A stretch of DNA of 64,000 nt from a virus: the UHGV virus genome UHGV-1550212; one strand, 5' to 3'. The notes under the pieces are model-generated. The model saw nothing but the letters and a program-made list of their open reading frames with translations, made no database searches and had not been told where the DNA came from. The translations under genes and the position numbers were made by a program. Below, one piece after another: positions 54,898 to 64,000 of the stretch (position 1 is the stretch's first letter; each line of letters opens with the position of its first letter).

Positions 54898-55470
54898 TTA
54901 AAATTTGGATAGACTCGTAGTATCAAGCGATGCAATTGAATCAATGCGCAAAGAATCTGCTATAGGTGCGCAATCATCAATTGGGTGACTTGCAGGCTTA
55001 ACTTTGAGCATATACATTCTGCAGTTGCCAATATCTATAAGGGAACCAGAACGTGTCATATAATCACAGCCCAAAATGCCAACGACTTCATGACCAAGTG
55101 CTTTGCTAAGCTGAACTAAAATAGGCGAAATGTCATCAATAAACATGTCCAGCTCTACAGAGCCATTTGCGATAGTAATGTCTGCATCTATTGCATGAGA
55201 TACTTGAAGAGCCCCTGTGACATATGATAGTCGCTTAACTGAACGCTCTTTGCCAACCATGTCATGAGTAGCAACAAATGTGCTATCAATCAATGACAAT
55301 GACGCGCCAGTATCAAGCAAAAGCCATGCATCGACACCATTGACATTTGCATGTACAAATGGCAGGCTCTTCAAAACAATCGGTGACTGTGATTGCTGCA
55401 ATGCTTCATTGCACATTGTCAGCGTCATAATCGCAAGTAGCGATATAAGAAACAATTTGAATGCTTTCAT
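54898..55470 (-). CDS. Secreted or lipid-anchored retropepsin-like aspartic protease
   Basis: N-terminal signal-like MKAFKLFLISLLAIMTLTMC followed by the aspartyl-protease motif AWLLLDTGASLSLID. Confidence 0.55.
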   Translation of the reverse strand: MKAFKLFLISLLAIMTLTMCNEALQQSQSPIVLKSLPFVHANVNGVDAWLLLDTGASLSLIDSTFVATHDMVGKERSVKRLSYVTGALQVSHAIDADITIANGSVELDMFIDDISPILVQLSKALGHEVVGILGCDYMTRSGSLIDIGNCRMYMLKVKPASHPIDDCAPIADSLRIDSIASLDTTSLSKF

Positions 55471-55474
55471 AAGG

Positions 55475-57232
55475 CTACTCTGCTTTTGTTGCTTGCATCA
55501 GTTCAGCAAAGCTTACAGTGTAAGCATCTTCACCAACAGTCACATATGCAGCATCAACATTTGAGTCATTGCCTGTGTATGCAACCAAGGTGCCTGCTGG
55601 AATTTCTACACCGTCAATTGTTAGCATCGAATTGACAAGCTTGTATGTCTTGTTATCTTCGAAGTTCTCATTGACATATGCAGCAGCAATCATTGTTGAA
55701 CGTTTACGAGATTCATTGACAAAGCTTGCGCCAACAAGTTCTGACAGCTTCTTCTTTGTTGCTGCAGAGCATTTGTCATATGCAATGTCAATTGCGAGGT
55801 CTACATCACCAAGTTCCTTTGCAATGAGTTCATCAATCTGAGACAGCTTCTTGTCATCTTTGACAGCGACAAAATTCATTGCAAACTTGCGAGCGTTGTC
55901 TGACAATGATTCATCAATGTTCCACTGTTTCATCAATGTCTGCTTCAACACCTTGTCAAGTTCTGACCAGTCCTTATCTGCAAGAGTAGTTGCATCAAAG
56001 TCTTCATTGCTGAACTGCTTCAGCACTTTGACTTTGTCATCATGTGACAATGCTGACCACTTGTTTGCAGCGTCTTCAGCAGATTCAAGCAGAGGCTTGA
56101 TTGCATCTTTGAGTTCTTGCGGCCAAGTTTCAGGCGCTTTGAGCAGCATCTCAGATGAGTTGTACTCAAGCATGTCTGTCATGATTGCAAGCTTGACATT
56201 GTTAGCTTTCTCTTCAGGTGACAGAGCTTTGAATTTTTCAGCCCAGTCTTCAGATTCAGTCACGATTGATGCAGGCTTTGCAAAACCAGCAACAAAAACG
56301 AGCTTGTACATGATGTTCGTCATGAATGAGCAAGCTGCATCGATATCTGACTGAGTTGCTGCAGATTGAGCATCACGAATGTTGAGCAATGCCTGACGAA
56401 GAGACATAATGCCTACAACAGGGTCAGACCATGTCAATACAACTGAACTATCGATTGTGATGCCCTTGTCAAATCGCATATTTTCTGCAATGCGGTCAGC
56501 AAGTTCAGGCAGTTCAGTGTAGTACTGCTCAAGCGCTGCATGTGCAGCAGGAATTGAAACTTTTGCAGCATCAAATGCGTTGTTGATGTGCATAACATGC
56601 GCAGTTTGAATTGACTGCATCAACATCGACACTACTGCAGATTCTGTTGCAACATCATCTGTTGCAGCTTCATTAACAAATGACGCCATTGCATTTTGCA
56701 GCATGTATTGATGGTCTCGTACTGGCAACTCAACAATTTCAAAGCCTTCAAGAGACTTTGGCGAATCAGTTGCTGAACCTGCTTCAAGACACTTCTTTGA
56801 TGCATTGTCAATGACAAACCACATCTTTTGTGCTTTGAGTGCAATGTAAGTCTTGTCTTTTGATTGCTGAACAGTCATGTTGTCAAGAGCCAACGCACTG
56901 ATTGGCAAATTCTTGACTGCTGACTTGTCAAGTGCTTCATTGACTGCTACATTGTCATCACTCATTAACTGAGTATTTGCAGCAAATGTTGCAGAATCAA
57001 TGCTAAGCTCTTTGCCATCAGGCATAGAGAACTTAACTGCATCTGCAACATCAAGCACTTGCACCATGGCGCCTGCTTCGACTTTGTCATCACCAACAGC
57101 GAACTCAGTTACAACCTGATATGCCTTGTTAGCTTCAACAGTTTCAACAGACTCCATAATGAACTTTGCTGTACTGCAAGAGATTTTGTGCTTTTTCATG
57201 TTCATGTATGAATTTGAGTGTTTGTTGTTCAT
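55475..57232 (-). CDS. Hypothetical acidic protein (585 aa), possibly virion-associated given its position near the capsid gene
   Basis: Long ORF; preceded by three tandem promoter-like repeats. Confidence 0.55.
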   Translation of the reverse strand: MNNKHSNSYMNMKKHKISCSTAKFIMESVETVEANKAYQVVTEFAVGDDKVEAGAMVQVLDVADAVKFSMPDGKELSIDSATFAANTQLMSDDNVAVNEALDKSAVKNLPISALALDNMTVQQSKDKTYIALKAQKMWFVIDNASKKCLEAGSATDSPKSLEGFEIVELPVRDHQYMLQNAMASFVNEAATDDVATESAVVSMLMQSIQTAHVMHINNAFDAAKVSIPAAHAALEQYYTELPELADRIAENMRFDKGITIDSSVVLTWSDPVVGIMSLRQALLNIRDAQSAATQSDIDAACSFMTNIMYKLVFVAGFAKPASIVTESEDWAEKFKALSPEEKANNVKLAIMTDMLEYNSSEMLLKAPETWPQELKDAIKPLLESAEDAANKWSALSHDDKVKVLKQFSNEDFDATTLADKDWSELDKVLKQTLMKQWNIDESLSDNARKFAMNFVAVKDDKKLSQIDELIAKELGDVDLAIDIAYDKCSAATKKKLSELVGASFVNESRKRSTMIAAAYVNENFEDNKTYKLVNSMLTIDGVEIPAGTLVAYTGNDSNVDAAYVTVGEDAYTVSFAELMQATKAE

Positions 57233-57366
57233 ATGATATGATATATATCAAGTGCAGCAATTGAACAGATTGCAAAAACAATGCTCAGACTGTAAAGTCT
57301 GAGCATTGAACGACTAAATTGTACATCTTCCACAATGATATAGAATCATTGTTAATATTGTATTGA

Positions 57367-57478
57367 TATTGTACAACATGCATTGCATATTTGCAATGAT
57401 ACAACATGCAAAATGCACTTGCACTTTGATGCAAAGTACTGCGTACACAACATGCATCGCGTATTTGCATTTTGACGC
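57367..57478 (-). promoter_or_regulatory. Array of three tandem promoter-like units
   Basis: attgtacaacatgcattgcatatttgca / atgatacaacatgcaaaatgcacttgca / tactgcgtacacaacatgcatcgcgtatttgca; closely related copies at 50137-50192 and 58517-58590. Confidence 0.5.
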
Positions 57479-57482
57479 AATG

Positions 57483-58565
57483 TCATTGTTGTTTATGCCA
57501 GCCATATGATGCCTGACCAGCATCATACACTTCTACGAAGCCATGGTCGTACATAAAATCTTCATTACGAGTGCCCTTGCCCCCATTAGTGCCAAGAATA
57601 CGGTCTGCGCCATGCATAAGCAGCATATTATTTGTGACATGTTGCTTTGTCAGCATATTGAACCAGTGTTTGCTATATGACAAGCCAAGACCATCAAAGC
57701 CCAGCTTTGTGTACACACCACCGTCAAACTTGCTTAAATCACAATATGATAACACAGATTCAGGGTCATATGTCTTGATAAAGTGCTTAAAGATTCGTTC
57801 AGCACCACCAACAACTTTGGTTGCTGCACAAAGACGTAGCAATTCATATTGATAGCGCTTATTGTATCGTGGACGACCAAATGTCATAAGTTGATGAATG
57901 ACATAACCACCAAGCAACTCAAGTGGATGACCTTCAATCAACGCAAGATTGATAAAATTGCCTGAGCACTTGCCTTGCAAATGATGTTCAATCAAAAATT
58001 GATTTGCAGTATACTTGTCAATTTCAACAACTTTAAGCTTGCGAGCATATACAATCTTTGATTTGTCTACGATTTGATGCTTGATGTGATTGATAACTTT
58101 CTTGGCGTCATCCCAGTCCCACACATGAATGCAATGAAAGCCTGCTGATTTGGCGATGTCTGTTTTCTTTGCATGAATATCACAAGGCAAATGCGAATCT
58201 TTTGCATCATGCATAAACAGATGTTCAAATGAATGTGTGCTGTTATGTGAAAATGCAGGATTGATGTTAATGACAATATTGTCATGTCGAAAATCGAAGA
58301 CTTCATCGCCAATGACAAAGTTGCGCTCAAAATTTATACCGACATGTTTGAGTAACACTTGATGCCACACATCTTTATAGGCTGATTCAAGCTTGCTTAG
58401 CTCATCACAGTTTGCAATGTTTTTGTAACGTTGAATAGCAGCATCAAAGTCAAGATTGACTTCAGCGTAGTCTGCATTTTTATCGTAGTGAAATTTTGAG
58501 CTCATGTGTATAATTTTGTATGAGATTATTGTACAACATGCAAATGCATGTTGCATTTGATGCAA
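57483..58565 (-). CDS. Homing-endonuclease-like protein, paralog 3 of 5 (nuclease-like domain N-terminal, different downstream module)
   Basis: DNIVININPAFSHN ... GFHCIHVWDWDD near the N-terminus; C-terminal GFVEVYDAG shared with the other paralogs; middle region with ANQFLIEHHLQG. Confidence 0.55.
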   Translation of the reverse strand: MHQMQHAFACCTIISYKIIHMSSKFHYDKNADYAEVNLDFDAAIQRYKNIANCDELSKLESAYKDVWHQVLLKHVGINFERNFVIGDEVFDFRHDNIVININPAFSHNSTHSFEHLFMHDAKDSHLPCDIHAKKTDIAKSAGFHCIHVWDWDDAKKVINHIKHQIVDKSKIVYARKLKVVEIDKYTANQFLIEHHLQGKCSGNFINLALIEGHPLELLGGYVIHQLMTFGRPRYNKRYQYELLRLCAATKVVGGAERIFKHFIKTYDPESVLSYCDLSKFDGGVYTKLGFDGLGLSYSKHWFNMLTKQHVTNNMLLMHGADRILGTNGGKGTRNEDFMYDHGFVEVYDAGQASYGWHKQQ

Positions 58566-58590
58566 AGTACTGCGTACACAACATAAAGTA
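58517..58590 (-). promoter_or_regulatory. Promoter-like repeat units between two homing-endonuclease-like genes
   Basis: attgtacaacatgcaaatgcatgttgcatttgatgcaaagtactgcgtacacaacat; shares ttgatgcaaagtactgcgtacacaacat with 57420-57460. Confidence 0.45.
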
Positions 58591-58612
58591 CAAGTTTGTC
58601 TTTTGATAGACT

Positions 58613-59674
58613 TTACTTTGTATTGCTACGCGTCATTGTTAAATGACCGCAATCATACACATCAACTTCTGTTTTGCCAAGCATGCATGTATGACAATTT
58701 ATTTTGAAATCTGCTGCAGCGTAATCAGGATAGTTTAGTGGAGATTCTTTTGACAAATCAATTTCAATTGTGTCAGTAGTTTTAAGCTGTTCAGTACCTG
58801 CAATGATATCTGCAATAAGATTGATAACTTCTTCTTGTGAATCCCAATCAAACACAGTTATGCAACGATAGCCTACATCAAGTGCAAGTTTTGTTTTATT
58901 GTAATGGTATTGCGCACCAATAACATTGTTGTCTTTTGCTCGACCAGTTAAATATGCAAAACTAACAGTGCAGTTGTGCGTAACTGTTGGACAAATTTCT
59001 ATAAGTAACTTTGCAGGCTCATACTGCAAATCATATGTTTGATTATTGATGTTAAACTCGTACTGTGTATCAATTGCCAACTGTCGTAATAACGCATCAT
59101 GCCACATCATATTACATTTAGAAATTGTTTTGGATGACAATCTGCATTGAGGCAATTGACATGGCCAATCTACGCCGTACATTTGTTGTGTTGTTTGACG
59201 CATTTTGTTAACATCACCAAAATGATTGCCATATCGATGCTCTTTGGTTTTAAGCGACTGCTCAATATTGACATTGCCTACACAACCATAACGTTCAAGT
59301 TTTGTTGCAGCAGTTTTGCTAACATCACCATGTCCATTACCAAATTTGGCGACTTTAGTTGCAAGTATTTTATGACTTGGGCCAAATGCATTGCCATACA
59401 ATTCTTGTTTAGTCGCAAGCATTTTGTCGATATTACAACCAGCGCCATAAGTGTTATGCATAGTTTGCATACGCTGTCGAATAAATTTTGGCACAGATAA
59501 AGGACTTTCTACACCATATTTGCGTAAGCAACTGATTTTGCATGCGTACTTTTGCTTGATGACAGAATGTGCATTTCGACGTCCTATGTAAGTATTTTCT
59601 GATGTAGCAGCAAGCTCTGCATCTCTAAGAACTTCAAGTGCAGCAATTCGTGCTTCAATTTCTTCAGATGTCAT
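58613..59674 (-). CDS. Homing-endonuclease-like protein, paralog 4 of 5
   Basis: MTSEEIEARIAALEVLRDAELAAT; repeats LERYGCVGN / HRYGNHFGD / QMYGVDWP; LLIEICPTVTHN ... GYRCITVFDWD ... VDVYDCGH. Confidence 0.6.
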   Translation of the reverse strand: MTSEEIEARIAALEVLRDAELAATSENTYIGRRNAHSVIKQKYACKISCLRKYGVESPLSVPKFIRQRMQTMHNTYGAGCNIDKMLATKQELYGNAFGPSHKILATKVAKFGNGHGDVSKTAATKLERYGCVGNVNIEQSLKTKEHRYGNHFGDVNKMRQTTQQMYGVDWPCQLPQCRLSSKTISKCNMMWHDALLRQLAIDTQYEFNINNQTYDLQYEPAKLLIEICPTVTHNCTVSFAYLTGRAKDNNVIGAQYHYNKTKLALDVGYRCITVFDWDSQEEVINLIADIIAGTEQLKTTDTIEIDLSKESPLNYPDYAAADFKINCHTCMLGKTEVDVYDCGHLTMTRSNTK

Positions 59675-59694
59675 TTTTTAATAGCATATTGATA

Positions 59695-59723
59695 ATTGTA
59701 CAACATACAAATGCGTTTTGCAT
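59695..59723 (-). promoter_or_regulatory. Promoter-like motif (sense TGCAAAACGCATTTGTATGTTGTACAATT)
   Basis: 21 nt upstream of ATG 59674. Confidence 0.45.
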
Positions 59724-59759
59724 TTTTGATGTAGCAATTGCTTGCACAGTTTGCAAAAA

Positions 59760-59790
59760 AGAACCGCTTGCAATCTAATTGCAAGCGGTT
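59760..59790 (-). terminator. Hairpin gaaccgcttgcaat-cta-attgcaagcggttc (14-bp stem)
   Basis: Perfect inverted repeat downstream of the capsid gene on the minus strand. Confidence 0.5.
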
Positions 59791-60021
59791 CAATGAATAC
59801 GTTTGTCAGAAACTGTCAATGTGTGCAATCGCTTGAAGAGTTAGCTGAACAGCTTGTTGATGCGATTGCTGCATTGGTGACTACCAAGCAGCCCATTGAA
59901 CATTGGATTCGACATCAACGTCTTTGTGGTTGTTGTTGAACTCACCAAGCCAGCAAGTATCATTTAGCAAGTTTCCAAACTTAACGTACTTGTCGTTCCC
60001 CGGCTTGGGTGGCGCAGGTTG

Positions 60022-61737
60022 TCAAATCCAGCCGTAGTCGCTGTGGATAGCGAAGGTGAGATAAGCCAACTCGGGATACATACCCGTCTCCGCGAGAGCG
60101 TAATCCGACTCAATCAGCAACTTAGGTGCTGCTGTACCCTCAGCGGTTAATTCCACACTTGATGCAAGGTCATATGGCATGAATACACATCCCTGGTTGA
60201 CATTCTCTACGTCAACGCCGTCAGCAGTCTTGTTCGTACGAAGAACGAGAACAGTGTTATCGTTCAGCGGCTGCTTAGGATTGCAATAGATTTTAATGCC
60301 AGCCAAGTCACCTGCATAATACAGGTTCTTGTTGTCCTGTACCAGCGTATTGTCAAGAGCTGCAACAAAGTTCTTCTGAGCCTTAATTGCAACCAAGGCA
60401 ATCGTATTGACCACAGCAGCATCACCAGCACCGAAACGCGACAGGTTGCCAATGATTGTCGAAGCAGCCAGGATACGAGTTGCGATACGAGCCTGACGGG
60501 TAATCTGGTTCTCAGCCGAGCTGTTCGATTCAGCGTTAGGAACCATGCCGAACTCAGCCGTGCGGTCTACACCCATCTTGTCAACGAATGCAGGAGCCTG
60601 GAATTCCGAGAATGCCTTGGCAGTCGAACCAGCGTAGCCAATGTACAAGTTCAGGTTGTAGCCCTGAGCAGCCAACAGCTGAGCATGTGTCGTAACACCA
60701 AGTGCACGCATGCGCTTCAGACCATTGTCGTTGATTGACTGCGTGATTTCATTCTGCATTGCATTCTTGATGATTGCAACTGCATCCAAACCGCGAGCAC
60801 GGAGGTCCTTAACCTGGCGACGAGTCAGAGCACCCCAAGTCTGGTACGTCTTAACTTCGATAGCCTTTGAGAAGGTGCGGAGCTCCAGCATGTTCGGGTT
60901 GCCAGCCTCAGCCTCAGAACGAGACATTGGATTGCCGTCAAGGTCATCCATTGCAGCGAAGCCGTGGATGTGTTCGTCACCAGCCGAAACCAGGTCGAAC
61001 ATAACCTCAGTCATGCCAGTCAGCATGTCAGTTACAGCACCTGTAGCGTCAACCGAGTAGATTTTCGATGCAGCCATTGCAACATCAGCCAACGACTTGT
61101 CAGGAGCAACAGTCATTGCGCCACCAGCGCCAACGGTATATACGCCTTCATTGCGAACTACGAGGTAGCCTGCAACACGCGATACCTGTACGAACGTTAC
61201 CTTGGCAGCAAGCTCACCAGCAGCTGAACCGCCGATGTACAGAACTTGACCCTTCTTGAGGCCATGAACCATTGTCTGCGAAGCAACATTGTACAACTCC
61301 TTCCACTTGATGAGGAAGTAGCGAGGACCCTTGGCTGCGTTCAACTTGCCACCACCATACACGTAGTCTACATAGTCCAGCTGAACCAGCGGGCTGTATA
61401 CAGGAATGGCCGGGAGCAGGTCGAACAGAATCGTGTTGGCTGCGATGTTCATGTTCAGAGCCAGAACATTGGCAGCTACATCGATTGAACCACGCTTACG
61501 CGACGGGTCATGGAACTGTGCTTGCGTACCTGGGTCAGCAGGGAAAGCGACCGGACCTACGCCATTGAGATTCTGCGAATACGTCGACTCAAACGACTCG
61601 TTCATATACTGAACGTTCTGAGCGATTGATGCGAGCAGATACTTCTTAGCGGGCGAAAGCTTGGAGTCAAACGACTCATCAAGAACAGGGCCCCACTTTT
61701 TCAGCAATGCATCAATCTGTGTACGTTTTGCGTTCAT
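60022..61737 (-). CDS. Major capsid protein (T4 gp23-like)
   Basis: N-terminus TQIDALLKKWGPVLDE versus T4 gp23 TKAELLNKWKPLLEGE; internal QVKDLRARGLDA versus AQDLRAVHGMDA; codon usage noticeably more GC-rich at third positions than neighbours. Confidence 0.8.
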   Translation of the reverse strand: MNAKRTQIDALLKKWGPVLDESFDSKLSPAKKYLLASIAQNVQYMNESFESTYSQNLNGVGPVAFPADPGTQAQFHDPSRKRGSIDVAANVLALNMNIAANTILFDLLPAIPVYSPLVQLDYVDYVYGGGKLNAAKGPRYFLIKWKELYNVASQTMVHGLKKGQVLYIGGSAAGELAAKVTFVQVSRVAGYLVVRNEGVYTVGAGGAMTVAPDKSLADVAMAASKIYSVDATGAVTDMLTGMTEVMFDLVSAGDEHIHGFAAMDDLDGNPMSRSEAEAGNPNMLELRTFSKAIEVKTYQTWGALTRRQVKDLRARGLDAVAIIKNAMQNEITQSINDNGLKRMRALGVTTHAQLLAAQGYNLNLYIGYAGSTAKAFSEFQAPAFVDKMGVDRTAEFGMVPNAESNSSAENQITRQARIATRILAASTIIGNLSRFGAGDAAVVNTIALVAIKAQKNFVAALDNTLVQDNKNLYYAGDLAGIKIYCNPKQPLNDNTVLVLRTNKTADGVDVENVNQGCVFMPYDLASSVELTAEGTAAPKLLIESDYALAETGMYPELAYLTFAIHSDYGWI

Positions 61738-61825
61738 GATTGAATTTGTTTGTTATTGAAAGTGAAACATATATTTCTGTATAATATGTATAGAACTACT
61801 GACATTGATTGAATTGTGAAAATGG

Positions 61826-63217
61826 TCATTTTTCAATCTTTTTGAGCAATGCATGACCACAATCATAGACTTCGACGAAGCCTGACGCAATCATTTGTTG
61901 CCTATCAAACCCATTGTCAAGTAGATGTTCCCATGTCTTTGTATTGTGCCAATGCAATTGAATTGATGATTTATCTGTACTAAGCTGCGGATTTTTTGAA
62001 AAGTCTGCACAGTCAATTTTGTCACCGTTAAGATGCTTACGAATGCATTCAATGACAGTGTCGTGGTCATCCCAGTCCCATATTGTTATGCATACATAGC
62101 CATGTTGTAATGCAATTTGTGTCTTGTCAAAATGACTATCATGTCTCTTTGGCCTATTACGCTTTGTGCGCTTAGTAATATATGCATATGAGTATGTTGA
62201 GTTATGCGAAAATGTTGGATTCACTTCAATCAACAATTTGCAATGTTCATTTTCATAATGCAAGTCATATGAAAAGCCAAGTAGCTTAACATCGTCATAA
62301 CTGCAATCAATGTTAAGCTCTTGTTGCAACTTATCATGCCAAAATTGATTTGGCTTAGATATTATGTTGCCTTGACTGTTTATGCAGTTAGAAGTCATAC
62401 ATGACCATGGCACGCCATAACGCTCAATGTTTGTTTTGTTTGCACTTGCTTGAATTTTTGACAATGGGCCCCATGGATGACCATACTTTGCACGCTTGAC
62501 ATCTGCACCACGTTTAGCAACTTCACGATAATCGCCATAACGCTCTTTTCTTGTAGCAAGCATTTTTGCAATATTGCCCGCGCCACGAGAGCCATATCTA
62601 AGCTCTTTAGTCTTTTGAGCTTTGGCGTAATCACCACAAAATGCATTGCCATATCGAGCAATTTTTGTTGCTTTCATTTTTTCAATGTTGCCTGCACCAG
62701 CATTGCCATAACGTTCAAGTTTTGTTTGCTTGGACAATTCAACATTGCCAAATTTGTTGCCATAACGCACTAATTTTGTTTCTTGTGAACGTTGACGTAT
62801 TTCTTGCACTTGTGCACAGTATTCTACGCCATAGCGTTTTAACATTGTTATTCGTTGATTATATGCACGTTTAATAGGTGCATGCGATGTTCGTTTTGGC
62901 CCATATTTAACAAACTCAGTAGATGCAAGTAATTCATCACGCTCACGTTCAAGTTCTGCAATTCGTTGTTGTATATGGACATCATACACAGGCTGCTCAG
63001 AAATGTCATCAATAGCTGTCGTTTCTAATTTAGCAAGTTTGCGTTTAAGAGCTTTTGTTGTTTGCGTGCAGCTCATTTTTATCAATGCATGTGCATGTCT
63101 GCCACAGTCAAGTACAATGTTAGGCTCATTTGCAAGGCGTTCATCACGTTTACATTCTGCAGCATGTATTGCATCAATAAGTTGTCGTCTCTTTACATTA
63201 TATTCGTCTTGTGTCAT
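61826..63217 (-). CDS. Homing-endonuclease-like protein, paralog 5 of 5
   Basis: IAELERERDELLASTEFVKYGPKRTSHAPIK; repeats VRYGNKFGN / ERYGNAGAGN / IARYGNAFCGD / LRYGSRGAGN / ERYGDY / AKYGHPWGP / ERYGVPW; LLIEVNPTFSHN ... GYVCITIWDWDD ... GFVEVYDCGH. Confidence 0.6.
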   Translation of the reverse strand: MTQDEYNVKRRQLIDAIHAAECKRDERLANEPNIVLDCGRHAHALIKMSCTQTTKALKRKLAKLETTAIDDISEQPVYDVHIQQRIAELERERDELLASTEFVKYGPKRTSHAPIKRAYNQRITMLKRYGVEYCAQVQEIRQRSQETKLVRYGNKFGNVELSKQTKLERYGNAGAGNIEKMKATKIARYGNAFCGDYAKAQKTKELRYGSRGAGNIAKMLATRKERYGDYREVAKRGADVKRAKYGHPWGPLSKIQASANKTNIERYGVPWSCMTSNCINSQGNIISKPNQFWHDKLQQELNIDCSYDDVKLLGFSYDLHYENEHCKLLIEVNPTFSHNSTYSYAYITKRTKRNRPKRHDSHFDKTQIALQHGYVCITIWDWDDHDTVIECIRKHLNGDKIDCADFSKNPQLSTDKSSIQLHWHNTKTWEHLLDNGFDRQQMIASGFVEVYDCGHALLKKIEK

Positions 63218-63333
63218 AATTATCTGTGTTTAATTTATGTATACTATTGTATTGTAGCATTGACTACTTTGCGCATAACAAAAAAGAAGCCAAGTCATTT
63301 GACTTGGCTTTGAAATGTGTACTTGCAGTTGTA

Positions 63334-63909
63334 TTAGAACTGAGAACCGACAACTCGTGGCACTGCAAGTTCGCTCGTAAGAGTAACTTGGCAAGTGTAA
63401 ATGTCGTCACTATTCTTGTCATGTGAATCAACTGCGCTGATAGGACCCTTAGGGAATCCATTCTTGTACGACGTTACTCTCCAGGCTGTTCCAACCTGAT
63501 TATTTTCAACGAGAATCCAAGAACCTACATAGTTCTTCTTGAGACCCATGGCTCCCGTGAGAGGATTCCTGCGTTTAGCATTCCAACTTTGGAAAGCATT
63601 GTAAATCACAGGGTCATTGGTGTCTGGTCCATGCAAGTTCAGATTCATTGTGATAGTCAGGTTATGAATGTTGCTGACTGTCAATGCTGAGAACTGACGA
63701 GACTGATTTTGTGCAACTTTTTGTGAAACCACATCAGGCGCATTGTCAAGTGTGCCCAAACCTGAAATTGACTGAATTTGCTCATCAATTGTATCTGGAA
63801 TCACAACGCCTGTAGGTGGCATAAGTGTGAGCTCGAACAATGAACTGAACACGGGTTCAGCATATTCGGCAGTCACTTCGCTGTTTTTGATATGCGGTAA
63901 CTTCGGCAT
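63334..63909 (-). CDS. Hypothetical protein (191 aa), possibly a virion structural protein
   Basis: ORF upstream of the capsid-gene region; no motif recognised. Confidence 0.45.
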   Translation of the reverse strand: MPKLPHIKNSEVTAEYAEPVFSSLFELTLMPPTGVVIPDTIDEQIQSISGLGTLDNAPDVVSQKVAQNQSRQFSALTVSNIHNLTITMNLNLHGPDTNDPVIYNAFQSWNAKRRNPLTGAMGLKKNYVGSWILVENNQVGTAWRVTSYKNGFPKGPISAVDSHDKNSDDIYTCQVTLTSELAVPRVVGSQF

Positions 63910-64000
63910 GATTGTAATGTGTTATTAAATTGTTCTTGTTTTGTTATGCGTCATCGTACAGTGAATGAATTATCGTCATCTTCTGTAGTAGTTGGGTCAT

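Noticed and set aside
59742-59939. Plus-strand ORF 59742-59939 and a possible ~40-codon minus-strand ORF in the 230-bp gap downstream of the capsid gene
   Set aside because: Short, no supporting signals; the gap more likely holds the capsid-gene terminator hairpin and the next promoter.
63942-64000. Minus-strand reading frame open to the window end, ending ...MTQLLQKMTIIHSLYDDA
   Set aside because: Only about 19 codons are in the window; cannot tell whether it is the C-terminus of a real gene beyond the edge.

Overview
This 64-kb window looks like part of a tailed dsDNA phage genome with a T4-like gene repertoire but non-T4 gene order. All calls are from reading the sequence and the supplied ORF track by eye; no searches or folding programs were run. 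Recognisable T4-type genes: gp23-like major capsid protein, gp17-like large terminase, gp44-like clamp loader, gp39/60- and gp52-like topoisomerase II subunits, gp1-like dNMP kinase, RNase H-like 5' nuclease, PseT-like 3'-phosphatase and DHFR. Also present: an NAD-dependent DNA ligase, a class II ribonucleotide reductase, a holin/M15-peptidase lysis pair and about 30 hypothetical proteins. The DNA is AT-rich and nearly every gene is on the minus strand; only the terminase (4653-6644) and one 230-aa gene (37678-38370) are on the plus strand. A minus-strand cluster of six clear tRNA genes plus one atypical Gly-like tRNA lies at 29.16-30.33 kb. The most interesting signals are: (1) five paralogous free-standing homing-endonuclease-like genes that appear to form a distinct family, flanking the capsid, terminase and clamp-loader genes; (2) an intein inserted exactly at the catalytic Cys of the NPCGE motif of the reductase; (3) an arabinose-5-phosphate-isomerase-like gene near a fused nucleotidyltransferase/anomeric-kinase gene, a candidate nucleotide-sugar module for DNA or virion glycosylation; (4) a recurrent promoter-like motif (sense strand TGCAAA-N16-TACAAT) upstream of most minus-strand genes and the tRNA operon, often just downstream of perfect hairpins.
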